Assembly: GCA_964458565.1 (NCBI GenBank) | Contig: CAYWJO010000005.1 | Coordinates: 20,375 to 84,374, forward strand | Reading direction: 5' to 3' | DNA length: 64,000 bases | DNA from: an uncultured archaeon | GTDB lineage: Archaea; Asgardarchaeota; Thorarchaeia; Thorarchaeales; Thorarchaeaceae | Shown here: in pieces, positions 1 through 8,855 of the stretch | Layout of the letters: each line of letters begins with the position of its first letter | Position numbering within the stretch: the first letter of the stretch is position 1 | Notes under the pieces: generated by a model | What the model was told of the DNA's origin: nothing | Seen by the model: only the letters and a program-made list of their open reading frames with translations | Databases searched by the model: none | Made by a program: the position numbers and the translations under genes

Positions 1-49
1 CTCCACCGCCTGGGGGTCCTCCTCCGGGAGCTCCACCGCCTGGGGGTCC
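1..49. repeat. Coding direct repeat (19-bp unit, 30-bp period)
   Basis: ctccaccgcctgggggtcc at 1-19 and 31-49; encodes GPPGGG on the minus strand. Confidence 0.85.
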
Positions 50-679
50 GGCTGAGATAGCAATTGTATCAGGTGTGCTACTAGTTACAGAACCAGGAGC
101 ACCGACACTTGGTGGGCCGGTTTCAGTGTCTGTTTCAACTTGTGTTCCTGACATAGCAGCAAGTTTTCGTAGATAATCCGAACGTGCTTGATCAACAGCT
201 GATTCTGTGTCAACAAGTTGCTTAAGCTGTTCATCCTTCGCCATAGCCGCACGTACTGCAGTCAGACGGTCTTGGTAGAGTACCACCATCTTCTCCTTTA
301 CCGTTTCATCGAGTTCGCCTTGTTTTCCATAATAGTCAACAGCCGTGAGTGCTTGTTGAACAGCATTCTCCTCAATCTTAAGGAAAATTAATGCGTCTGA
401 TGGATTTCTGATGAAAGATACTTTCTTCGTACCAGCCATTCCTGCAGATACGTCACCTGTCGAAGCAATGATAGCCTTGATACTGTCGTATGATCCCTTA
501 CCCCCTCCGCCTCGACGTAATTTGATTCCTAGATAGAAAATTATTAACCAAACCGGTATAGAGTAGATGATTACAAACCAAGCGAGTGGCCCGAACGGGA
601 TTCCCAATGGTTGAAGAGCATCTGAAATCACTCTGAACATTTCAAATATTGCCGAGGTGATATCGGTATAGAGATCCAT
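1..679 (-). CDS. Partial membrane-anchored protein with Pro/Gly-rich repeat tail (runs off the window start)
   Basis: Manual translation from ATG at 679: MDLYTDITSAIFEMF...LAWFVIIYSIPVWLIIFYLG (TM), a helical middle, then AGPPGGGAPGGGPPGGG; no stop before position 1; GGTGA upstream. Not in the ORF track. Confidence 0.75.
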   Translation of the reverse strand, partial: MDLYTDITSAIFEMFRVISDALQPLGIPFGPLAWFVIIYSIPVWLIIFYLGIKLRRGGGGKGSYDSIKAIIASTGDVSAGMAGTKKVSFIRNPSDALIFLKIEENAVQQALTAVDYYGKQGELDETVKEKMVVLYQDRLTAVRAAMAKDEQLKQLVDTESAVDQARSDYLRKLAAMSGTQVETDTETGPPSVGAPGSVTSSTPDTIAISAGPPGGGAPGGGPPGGG

Positions 680-911
680 TTGTTATTTCACCATCTTTTG
701 CTTCGTACTACATAATGCAATTACATGTAACACATTTTAACTTTCTCGTGAGCTGTAAATCTTTGTATCACGTATGTACCACAAGTATTGCTATCATTAC
801 TTTAGAATCATGACTTATTTACGCAACAGCGCTCATAAACATGTTCGTTGTGAACTTGTCTGTACAATGAGTGCTTAAATCATTGTAATATGTATTAATT
901 TTGGATGATTA

Positions 912-1457
912 ATGATGTCATTGTTAGATCCGTCAATTGAATATTATGTACTTCATGAGAAAGTATGGAAATTTGGTGGTGGTGAAATCTACAATCCCAA
1001 TGGAGAGAAGATTGGAGCCATGAAGAGAAAGCTAATCTCCATGCGAGCAGAGATAAGACTCGAAGAGCCTAATGAAGAAGTAATTTGTACTATAAATAAG
1101 AAACTCGTTAGTGCGAGGCCTATCTATGATGTTAAGTTACCAGATGACACACTGATTGGAAGAGCGAAGGCAGCATTCATTGCCTTTCGAGGCTCAATCT
1201 CAATGTATGATGCTGATGATCAGGAAATTTTCAAGGCACAGGGTGGTGTCATGAAATGGAACTTTGAGATTCGAGACCCCAAAGACAAAAAGAAAGTGTA
1301 TGCAATTATCAAGAAAGCAGACAGATTCAGGGATGTTTTCTTGCCGGCATTCAACTTCAAGGATAGATATGTGATTCATATTGTCGATCCCAACGTAGAT
1401 AGGCTGATGCTTCTTGCTTATGCCGTAATCATCGACAACACATATCACGACAAGTGA
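912..1457 (+). CDS. LURP-one-related / scramblase (tubby C-terminal-like) protein
   Basis: Repeated beta-rich units (IYNPNGEKIG, KKLVSARPIYDV, FKDRYVIHI) and a C-terminal LLAYAVIID helix typical of the LOR family. Confidence 0.75.
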   Translation: MMSLLDPSIEYYVLHEKVWKFGGGEIYNPNGEKIGAMKRKLISMRAEIRLEEPNEEVICTINKKLVSARPIYDVKLPDDTLIGRAKAAFIAFRGSISMYDADDQEIFKAQGGVMKWNFEIRDPKDKKKVYAIIKKADRFRDVFLPAFNFKDRYVIHIVDPNVDRLMLLAYAVIIDNTYHDK

Positions 1458-1460
1458 TAG

Positions 1461-1476
1461 TTCGAAAACTCTATAA
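1461..1476 (+). promoter_or_regulatory. BRE/TATA promoter of the 5' tRNA-Thr half
   Basis: TTCGAAAACTCTATAA ends 26 nt before the tRNA start; the identical 16-mer lies 26 nt before the second tRNA-Thr. Confidence 0.7.
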
Positions 1477-1501
1477 CTCAATCCTAGTGCGGATTAAACA
1501 G

Positions 1502-1563
1502 GCCCCAGTGGCTTAGAGGCTATAGCGGCTGTGATCTTTCGGAGATGCGGTCAAAGCGGCTGA
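1502..1563 (+). tRNA. 5' half of a split tRNA-Thr(UGU), with ~31-nt D-arm intron (about 1524-1554)
   Basis: GCCCCAG-TG-GCTT-AGAGGCTAT[intron]AGC-G-GCTGA; the acceptor strand is perfectly complementary to CTGGGGC at 4752-4758. Confidence 0.8.
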
Positions 1564-1595
1564 GGCCGAAAGTTTAATTCTATTCATTTTCTTGT

Positions 1596-3047
1596 ATGAT
1601 TAGGTCTGAATATACAAGTACACACTCAGGCTGGAATGATGAGTTCATGGTACGAAAGCGTTTACAGATTTTCAAAGATTGGTTTAATCGCAACCTAGGT
1701 ATCTTTTGGTTTTGGGCTACAGTTCAATTGTTCTCTACTTGGTTATTTTGGATAAGTTCTGACTGGGTAGGTATGGATTTTGTATCGAGGGCTGGATTAC
1801 CTGTGATAGTATTTGAGGTGACGACTGCATTTGTCCTCATTATAATATTAGATATCATTCCCCCTAGAATCACCCTTTTCCTTAGAAGATATTTACCAAT
1901 TATTTTTGCACTGCTAATAATTATTCCATTAACAGCAATGTTTGTTTTAGGCACATTTGTTTTATTTGGATATCTGTCTAGCTTGCCTTTGGATTATCCG
2001 GAAGCTCTTGCACTCTCTATTGGGATTACTGTTTTCTCGTCTACTCTGGTAATCTTGAAAGGTGTCTATACATGGAGTAATCTTGAACCAATAGCGCGTT
2101 ATCAGCCAAATTTACATACTTATGTGTGCACTTTCCTTAATGAGAATACACCAATCTTCACAGGTTTCCGTCAAAGGACAATAGAACGTGAAAGTGATTT
2201 ATGGTTGATTAGTTATGATACTAAGAGAGCAGAAACAAATCTTGAGATTTCATTAGGTTCTGTAGTTGCCCTCATTGCTTTATCTCTTTTCTTCAGAATA
2301 TTCAATTTGTCCGGTTTGTGGGACTCAAGATACGCAGATAATGCTCTACTAATGACCGGCTTTTTGACCATTATTACAATATTATATGTTATTGATATTT
2401 TGAACAAGTACAGGAAATGGCGCACTCTTTGGATTGAGTATTGGTCATTTGTTAGAGATGTTACAGCACCTGGATTATTTGTACTCGACTCACTTCCATT
2501 GATGCGAGGTTCACTATATGCGAATATAAAAAGTCGTGCTAATGATGTTCTACAGATACACGCAGAAAAAATAGCATTAAATTATGGGTTTCCGTTTGAT
2601 GATAGTGACAAAGATAATCTAGACTATTTGGAATATCTGTTATGGTATGATCGTGTGTATCATAAACTGAAAGATATCAGTGAAACCTTGTATGATGATT
2701 TTCCGATATTCAAAAAACTGAAAGACGAATTCAATAGATTGAAGAAAGAATTCTACTCGGAAGAATTCGCATCTCTTGTTAGGATGTCATTAATCCTCAA
2801 TTTAGTCAACGTTGCAAACATTATGCCTGATGTTTTTTTGGGAATCTCAGAATTAGCATTATGGGAAACGGATGAAGAAAGTACAAGAATCAACTTATTT
2901 GAGTTTGCCACGAGAGAGTTGGAATTGATTAAAGGTTTGGGATCGATTCCGGTCCCGTCATCTATTGCATGGTTATTAGGTTGCTTTGTATTTGCACTCT
3001 CAATCATACCTTATGCAATTACTGTTGGTATAGCAATCGTTGGATAA
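1596..3047 (+). CDS. Hypothetical multi-pass membrane protein
   Basis: 483-aa ORF with about 7 hydrophobic segments; no family recognised. Confidence 0.7.
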   Translation: MIRSEYTSTHSGWNDEFMVRKRLQIFKDWFNRNLGIFWFWATVQLFSTWLFWISSDWVGMDFVSRAGLPVIVFEVTTAFVLIIILDIIPPRITLFLRRYLPIIFALLIIIPLTAMFVLGTFVLFGYLSSLPLDYPEALALSIGITVFSSTLVILKGVYTWSNLEPIARYQPNLHTYVCTFLNENTPIFTGFRQRTIERESDLWLISYDTKRAETNLEISLGSVVALIALSLFFRIFNLSGLWDSRYADNALLMTGFLTIITILYVIDILNKYRKWRTLWIEYWSFVRDVTAPGLFVLDSLPLMRGSLYANIKSRANDVLQIHAEKIALNYGFPFDDSDKDNLDYLEYLLWYDRVYHKLKDISETLYDDFPIFKKLKDEFNRLKKEFYSEEFASLVRMSLILNLVNVANIMPDVFLGISELALWETDEESTRINLFEFATRELELIKGLGSIPVPSSIAWLLGCFVFALSIIPYAITVGIAIVG

Positions 3048-3092
3048 TAGAAGAAAGAATGAATAAAATATACTAGTCCAAATGTAATGATA

Positions 3093-3232
3093 TGGAGCCC
3101 CGGGCGAGATTTGAACTCGCGATCTCCTGATTTCTTGGAATCAGGAACAGCCGTCCCCTGACATACAAGTCAGGCGCTTCCTAGTCTGTGATAACATAAT
3201 CACAACCTCTTAGACCGCTTAGCTACCGAGGC
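3093..3232 (-). tRNA. tRNA-Thr(UGU) with two introns (D-arm about 3178-3208; canonical 37/38 at 3132-3163)
   Basis: GCCTCGG.../CCGGGGC-T-CCA; CCTGA-CTTGTA^A-TCAGG; T arm GCGAG-TTCAAAT-CTCGC; BHB helix CTTG/CAAG. Confidence 0.9.
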
Positions 3233-3257
3233 ACTTGCAAGCGTCAATCTGAATTGA

Positions 3258-3273
3258 TTATAGAGTTTTCGAA
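3258..3273 (-). promoter_or_regulatory. BRE/TATA promoter of the intact tRNA-Thr
   Basis: Reverse complement reads TTCGAAAACTCTATAA, identical to 1461-1476. Confidence 0.7.
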
Positions 3274-3288
3274 AATGTCATACAATTT

Positions 3289-4167
3289 CTAATCCTCTGG
3301 CTTCTTTATTCGATTCCAGCTAAAACCAAGTTGCTTCATTGTCCAATGGACAGCATTATGACAACGTGTGCAAAGCATTATCCAATCAGCTTGATTTGCA
3401 GTCTTAAGGAAATCTACAGTCCAAGTAGAGTTTCTATGATGTTTTTTACCATCTTTTCTGTGAAGTATTAGTTTGAAATCATCTTTGTGTCGTTTACATA
3501 TATTACATTCATGTCCAAAAATATCGAATCGTAAATCTCGAAGTTCAGCTTTACTAGCACTTGATGGGATAGATCTAACAGTTGTTACTATATCGGGCAA
3601 TTTAGGGGTATATTCATCAAGATTGTGTTTTCTTCTTTTCACTTCTTTGCTTATATGATTCCAATCCATATTAAAAAACTCTGAAAGCCAAGTCACCATG
3701 TGGTGACAACGAGGACATAATGGCGCCCATTCATCTCGTTTCAAGTTTTTCAATTCTTCAGGATGCCATAATTTCTTTGAACTATGAGGCTCACCATCTT
3801 TCCTGTGAATTGCTAAGATTCCACCCGAACAGTCTTTATTACAGATTCTACACTCTTTCCCAAAAAGCTGATCCCGGATTTTCTTTGCTTCTCTCCTCTG
3901 TAGATTACTTCCGTGGGTTGAATTGGTAAGACTTTCGAGAAGTGTTTCTTTTGTTTCATTTTGAAGAATTTGTTTCAGGTCATTGAGAACAATTTCAACC
4001 CGTTTTGATGACACACCAAGTTTCCTAGCAATATCCATGGGCGATAATTTATCCTCGTAAAACATGCGATATATTTTTGAAACATACAAAAATGATGAAG
4101 ACTGTTCCAGAACCACAGACAGTTGATGGAGCACTTGAGGGACTGATATCGTATTTTCTATACACAC
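3289..4167 (-). CDS. HTH + tandem Zn-binding HNH-like endonuclease domain protein
   Basis: HTH-like LSPMDIARKLGVSSKRV; two repeats of FGxECxxC...HRKDG..H...W..LCxRCH; true start may be downstream of 4167. Confidence 0.65.
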   Translation of the reverse strand: MCIENTISVPQVLHQLSVVLEQSSSFLYVSKIYRMFYEDKLSPMDIARKLGVSSKRVEIVLNDLKQILQNETKETLLESLTNSTHGSNLQRREAKKIRDQLFGKECRICNKDCSGGILAIHRKDGEPHSSKKLWHPEELKNLKRDEWAPLCPRCHHMVTWLSEFFNMDWNHISKEVKRRKHNLDEYTPKLPDIVTTVRSIPSSASKAELRDLRFDIFGHECNICKRHKDDFKLILHRKDGKKHHRNSTWTVDFLKTANQADWIMLCTRCHNAVHWTMKQLGFSWNRIKKPED

Positions 4168-4211
4168 TAGGAAAAGCAGCTATTGATGAATTGTTCGGAG
4201 GTGAGAGATGA

Positions 4212-4637
4212 ATGATACCTAAAGGTATTTCCCCACATAAAGAAGTCAGTATACCAAAATGGAAATTACCTTTTCTGCCTAAAGAATATAAAAGAACAGA
4301 TTTGGGAGATCAAAAAGGTGCGATAGCTCAGTATAGAGGCCCAAACAATGTTCATGTTCTAGAATATGAAAATGAATGGAGAGTTCATTGGGATTTTGGA
4401 GATCCAAGAACACCTGATGGGTTGTTAGTTCATGTATTTGCTGATGCTCCCGAAGTAGGTTTCTCATTATTAGCAGCGGTTTCAGCTGGGAAGAGAACAT
4501 ACGATGAAACTCAATCTGTTGGTGATGCTATTGTAGACGCAGCTGCAACAGGACTTTCAGTGTATGCAGGTGTCAAGTTAACAAAAGCGATAATCTCGTG
4601 GCTTTCTGATATGTTTTCAAAGAACTCTAAAATTTGA
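4212..4637 (+). CDS. Hypothetical protein
   Basis: 141 aa, GGAGGTGA RBS; QYR...HVLEY...VHWDFGDP...H...D motif and a hydrophobic C-terminus. Confidence 0.7.
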   Translation: MIPKGISPHKEVSIPKWKLPFLPKEYKRTDLGDQKGAIAQYRGPNNVHVLEYENEWRVHWDFGDPRTPDGLLVHVFADAPEVGFSLLAAVSAGKRTYDETQSVGDAIVDAAATGLSVYAGVKLTKAIISWLSDMFSKNSKI

Positions 4638-4681
4638 TAGTTCGTATGTTGAGTAAAATGATTGGTCTTTATACAAAGGAT

Positions 4682-4762
4682 GCTGACTTGTAATCAGCAG
4701 GTCGCGAGACTTCATGCACTTTGTGACATGAAGCGTGAATTCAATTCTCGCCTGGGGCTCCA
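4682..4762 (+). tRNA. 3' part of the split tRNA-Thr(UGU), with 31-nt intron at 53/54 (4709-4739)
   Basis: GCTGA-CTTGTAA-TCAGC-AGGTC-GCGAG[intron]TTCAATT-CTCGC-CTGGGGC-T-CCA; BHB helix CGCG/CGTG with AG^A and AA^T bulges. Confidence 0.85.
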
Positions 4763-4830
4763 TTCATATTTCATTCGGATTCTTTGTCTATTACAAAAAT
4801 GCTATAGAGAGGTTTGCTTAGAGTAGCGAT

Positions 4831-5100
4831 ATGTCTGCTAGAGGTTCTTTTACAATCGAAGAGGCTAAGGAAGTAGGGAAGAAACTGGATATCAAATGGG
4901 ATAGGTTTGATGTGGAACAATTCAGAATGGGGATGAACGTTGAACTTGAACATGGTATAAGGGATACCCATACCAATGTCACTAATGATGATTCATTGAT
5001 GACAGGTAAGATTGCGTTAGCTCATCTCAATGAGTTCCCTGATTATTATGATAGACTTGACAAGCTTGAAGAAGAAGCAAAGATTTTCTGGAATAAATAG
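4831..5100 (+). CDS. DUF5661 family protein
   Basis: MGMNVELEHG...KIALAHLNEFPDYYDRL signature. Confidence 0.8.
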   Translation: MSARGSFTIEEAKEVGKKLDIKWDRFDVEQFRMGMNVELEHGIRDTHTNVTNDDSLMTGKIALAHLNEFPDYYDRLDKLEEEAKIFWNK

Positions 5101-5228
5101 ATGTGATATTCATCCTAGAGATTTCATGAATTAGATATACGATTTCGCCACCTCTTCTTCTAATTACTAGTTCATATAATCGATTGTATCAATTGTAATA
5201 CACTTGTTGGTTCCGTAGAACCACTCAT

Positions 5229-5528
5229 TTACAACCACAGAAAAATGACAAAAGCGTAGATATAGAATGATAGGAGAAGTCCAATCACTCCTGCAGCTTG
5301 GAATAATCGTTTTTGTGTCTTATGATGAAATCTAAACATACCTGCAAAGAAACCAATGGCTCCTCCTATGAAACATAGGAGTAATAGTGTGGCTTCAGAA
5401 ACCCTCCAGTCATTCAATCGTGCTTTTCGTTTATCCCACAACATCATCGAGAAAGCAATCAGATTGATTATTGTCAAGTAGATTGTTAATAGAATTGGTA
5501 TGATATTACTTGGAATCATAGGTTGCAT
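5229..5528 (-). CDS. DUF1294 family membrane protein
   Basis: DKRKA...WRVSEATL...GG..G....FHHKT signature. Confidence 0.85.
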   Translation of the reverse strand: MQPMIPSNIIPILLTIYLTIINLIAFSMMLWDKRKARLNDWRVSEATLLLLCFIGGAIGFFAGMFRFHHKTQKRLFQAAGVIGLLLSFYIYAFVIFLWL

Positions 5529-6740
5529 CTATGCATCCATCCTCTTTGCAGCAACTTCAAGAGCTGCAACCAAATCGAGCGTTTTTCCAGTCAGAAAATT
5601 AATGGTTGCCCCACCACCCGTGCTGATATGAGTGATTTGGTCAGCAAGACCACTCTTTAGAGCCATTGAGCCCATATGCCCACCACCTACTACTGTAATT
5701 CCATCACAAGATGCAATAGCATCAAGTATGCGTTCTGTTCCAAGAGCAAACGATTCCTTCTCAAAGAATCCCATGGGTCCATTTGCGAATACAACAGCAG
5801 AATTTCGTATAATCTTGACATAGGTTTCTATGGTTCCAGCTCCAATATCGAAGAAAGGATCTCCATTCATATCATCAAAACCACATTCCACACGCATTCC
5901 ATCTCTCTCAACGGCGGCATCTTCAGGTAGAATGATGGTTTCCTCATAGTCTTTCAATAACTCCCGTGCAGTATGTACTGCCTCTTCATATCCTTTGATA
6001 GGTTTCGAATACGACTCGTGGATTAATCCTTGAGCGATGAGAAATAATGTGCCAATCAGGCCTCCAAGCAATGCATTGTCTACTCTATTAGCCTCCAGTA
6101 GCTTTTGAAGTGTCTTCACCTTGTCCTCTACCTTTGCCCCACCAAGTACAAGAGTCCAAGGATGGCGATCTGTTGCAGTAGCATCTGTTAGAGTGCGGAT
6201 TTCCTTTTCTACCAATCGGCCAGCTACTGAGGGTAGAACTGTTGTGAATCCAACAATGGAAGCCTGTGATCGATGTGCTGCACCAAATGCATCATTCACA
6301 AAAAGATCAAACAATGGATAGAGCTCTTGGACGATTGGTTCTTTAGCTACCTCTTGTGGTGGAGCTTTCTTGAGTTCACCATCAAAATAACGAACATTTT
6401 GTAATACTAAGACCTCACCAATTTCAAGTTTTTCAATTGCTCTTTTTGCAACATCCCCAAAGATATCATTAACAAAATGCGCATTGATACCTAATTTTTT
6501 TAGAATTTCAGTATGAGGCTCGAGTGAAATGAAATCGTTGCTTCCGGGACTACCTTGATGAGCCATCAATACAACTTTACTTGAAGATAGCTCATTCAGA
6601 GTTGGAATTGATGCTACTATCCGGGAGTCATCCAGTATCTCTTTTGTATCGGGGTCTACGGAACAGTTGATATCCACTCGAATCAACACCCTCTTTCCAG
6701 TATATTCGACATCATCTAAAGTCTTGAAAGGTAACTTCAT
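5529..6740 (-). CDS. pgk: Phosphoglycerate kinase
   Basis: RVDIN, NDAFGAAHR, LGGAKVEDK, NGPMGFFE and HISTGGGA motifs. Confidence 0.97.
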   Translation of the reverse strand: MKLPFKTLDDVEYTGKRVLIRVDINCSVDPDTKEILDDSRIVASIPTLNELSSSKVVLMAHQGSPGSNDFISLEPHTEILKKLGINAHFVNDIFGDVAKRAIEKLEIGEVLVLQNVRYFDGELKKAPPQEVAKEPIVQELYPLFDLFVNDAFGAAHRSQASIVGFTTVLPSVAGRLVEKEIRTLTDATATDRHPWTLVLGGAKVEDKVKTLQKLLEANRVDNALLGGLIGTLFLIAQGLIHESYSKPIKGYEEAVHTARELLKDYEETIILPEDAAVERDGMRVECGFDDMNGDPFFDIGAGTIETYVKIIRNSAVVFANGPMGFFEKESFALGTERILDAIASCDGITVVGGGHMGSMALKSGLADQITHISTGGGATINFLTGKTLDLVAALEVAAKRMDA

Positions 6741-6803
6741 TCAATCACCTATTAAGGTTTGAACAGCACTGAGATAAAGAGATTACTCAAGAATCAGAAG
6801 ATC

Positions 6804-8552
6804 CTAATTTGAATCGATGATGGAATCCAGTTTTTTGCCAATCAGCTCGAGAAACATAGTATCGCGCTTGAGAGATTTTTCGTCTTCTACTGTCTGGTTA
6901 TAGCTTATAGTATACAATGTTTTGATGTTACGAATAGTACTCCGTATTCGACCTAGGCTCTGTTCGTATCTTTCGAGAGAAAGTGTGGTCCCATAATAGA
7001 TGCCAACATCAGCCTCTGGTAGGTCTGTCCCCTTTTCGATGAGTCGTTCTGATGCAAACAATACTTTAGCTTCACCCTCCTTGAATTCCTTTATGCGAAT
7101 ATATTGTATAGAACCAAACATTCCACCATGAATATGTGTACTTGGAATATTTTGCAATTTAGCTGCATCCATCAAGTGTTTTGTCGTATCAACGAAACGA
7201 CACATGACTAGTATTTTTTTGCCCTGCTCTGCAAAACGTTCAAGCCAAAAGAGAAGTCGTTTCTCTTTTTGATCAGGTGAATTGGCTTCTGTGCGTTCTG
7301 TAATTGCTTGAACAATTGTTTCGAAGTCGGAGTTTGTTGTTAGTGTCTTGTTAGTAATATTATCTATGAATTTTTTGAAGGAGCGAAAAGTGCTTTCAAG
7401 TAGACGTTGACGGGCAACTGTCATTTGGAGGTAAGCATTTGCTGTAGCAATAATATTCGCAAGTTTCTGAGGGCTATTTCCAAGTTTTTGTTTCAAGTTC
7501 TCTTGAATCTCTTTCTTACCAAGGAGGTCAGTGATGAAGAGAAGTATTCGATCGATTGGAATTTTCGAACGACCTGTCAGAAGTCTATATGCATTATTTA
7601 GAGGGCGCATTAAATCACGTTTTATGGACGAGATTAGGGCATCTACATTGGATATCCACTCATCAAACACACGAATTCGTTGTAGATTGTATGCGGGCCG
7701 ATAGTCCTCGAAGTCATCACCTATAGGGCGTATTTCTACAACAGCATCCTCACCACCAAAAGTAGTCTTGAGTAAGTCGATTTTTGTATCCTGTGAAAGG
7801 GCAGCTGTGAGACCAATAACGATTCTCTTTGAAGATGGGGTTAGAAGGTCTAGAAGATATAAAATAGGCTCGAATTTCTTACTTAGACGATAGCTACGTG
7901 CTGCAAATTCTCTCAGTAAATGCTCTTCAAGATTCTTTTCATCGACCTTATAATCAACAGGATGTGATGATTCAATCTCCTGTTTGAGATCGTGTATTAT
8001 TTGGTCAAAAGACCGACCACGACCATATTTATTCTCAATATATTGAATTGTTTCCTCACGTGGTCGACGTTTTCCATAGCTCTGAGCAAATATATCAAGA
8101 ATTTCGTCAATAATAACGACTTTTACTTGATCCAAGGTTTCATGATCAATTCGTTTGACCCTTCCCGCGACTGCATTCATCAGTAAGACTGGTGTGGCGA
8201 ATAGAATCTTTGCAAGACTAGCATGTTGTCTTGACATCGAAGCAGGTAGGGTTTTCTGTTCATCTAAAAGAAAAAGATATCCATGATTTGATAGTCCGTA
8301 TTTACTTGCCATATCATAGAGTTGATACTTGAGTTTGCGATCTTGCACAAGAAAAAGCGCTTTTTCTTCATTCTGGAGTATACCACGTTCTATCAACATA
8401 TCAAGGATGAGTGTGGATATGAATGTCTTTCCCATGCCTGTAGGTAATAAGACTAAGAAAACTGACTGGTTCTGACTCTCAAGAATATTGATTACTTGGT
8501 CTCTTGCATTTAGTTGATACAAGCGTGGGGTATACTCATTTTCCGATGTCAC
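6804..8552 (-). CDS. Superfamily II helicase (Hef/FANCM-like layout, deviant motifs)
   Basis: PTGMGKT, ATP (motif Ib), IIDEIL, GLTA, EKGTDLPEAD and QSLGR. Confidence 0.75.
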   Translation of the reverse strand: MTSENEYTPRLYQLNARDQVINILESQNQSVFLVLLPTGMGKTFISTLILDMLIERGILQNEEKALFLVQDRKLKYQLYDMASKYGLSNHGYLFLLDEQKTLPASMSRQHASLAKILFATPVLLMNAVAGRVKRIDHETLDQVKVVIIDEILDIFAQSYGKRRPREETIQYIENKYGRGRSFDQIIHDLKQEIESSHPVDYKVDEKNLEEHLLREFAARSYRLSKKFEPILYLLDLLTPSSKRIVIGLTAALSQDTKIDLLKTTFGGEDAVVEIRPIGDDFEDYRPAYNLQRIRVFDEWISNVDALISSIKRDLMRPLNNAYRLLTGRSKIPIDRILLFITDLLGKKEIQENLKQKLGNSPQKLANIIATANAYLQMTVARQRLLESTFRSFKKFIDNITNKTLTTNSDFETIVQAITERTEANSPDQKEKRLLFWLERFAEQGKKILVMCRFVDTTKHLMDAAKLQNIPSTHIHGGMFGSIQYIRIKEFKEGEAKVLFASERLIEKGTDLPEADVGIYYGTTLSLERYEQSLGRIRSTIRNIKTLYTISYNQTVEDEKSLKRDTMFLELIGKKLDSIIDSN

Positions 8553-8656
8553 AAAATGACCTTCTATTCACGGATTATAATGTTGCCCATTATAATTGGT
8601 GTATAAAAATTTGGAAAGGAGTGAAAAATGCGGTTATTTAGATTTTGAATAAAGAG

Positions 8657-8797
8657 TGGTGCCGCAGGAGGGATTTGAGCCCTCGACTTCGAGATTTCTC
8701 ATCTCGAGTTTCGCGGAGACATTTGACCCCATAGTTCAGACCGGGAAATCCGGTCAGATTATGAGTCTCGCGCCCTGCCAAGCTAGGCCACTGCGGC
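8657..8797 (-). tRNA. tRNA-Met(CAU), elongator type, with 64-nt intron at 37/38 (8696-8759)
   Basis: GCCGCAG/CTGCGGC-A-CCA; CGAGA-CTCATA^A-TCTCG; BHB helix CTCA/TGAG. Confidence 0.88.
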
Positions 8798-8855
8798 ATA
8801 TTGCGACTTAGAGGTTGCCATGTAGTTCTCTAATTAAAGTTACCTTTCTGAAACA

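Larger units (their letters stand above)
1564..4681. mobile_element. 3.1-kb insertion splitting tRNA-Thr(UGU), flanked by GCTGA direct repeats
   Basis: GCTGA at 1559-1563 and 4682-4686; cargo is a membrane protein, an intact tRNA-Thr, a tandem HNH protein and a hypothetical protein; no integrase or transposase. Confidence 0.65.

Noticed and set aside
4317-4338. GGTGCGATAGCTCAGTATAGAG as the missing 5' tRNA half
   Set aside because: It lies inside a CDS and cannot pair with CTGGGGC; the half at 1502 pairs perfectly
1455-4644. TGATAGTTCG repeated at 1455 and 4635
   Set aside because: Only 10 bp, largely tandem stop codons, and not at the insertion boundaries
1564-4681. IS element or casposon call for the insert
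   Set aside because: No terminal inverted repeats and no transposase, Cas1 or polymerase gene
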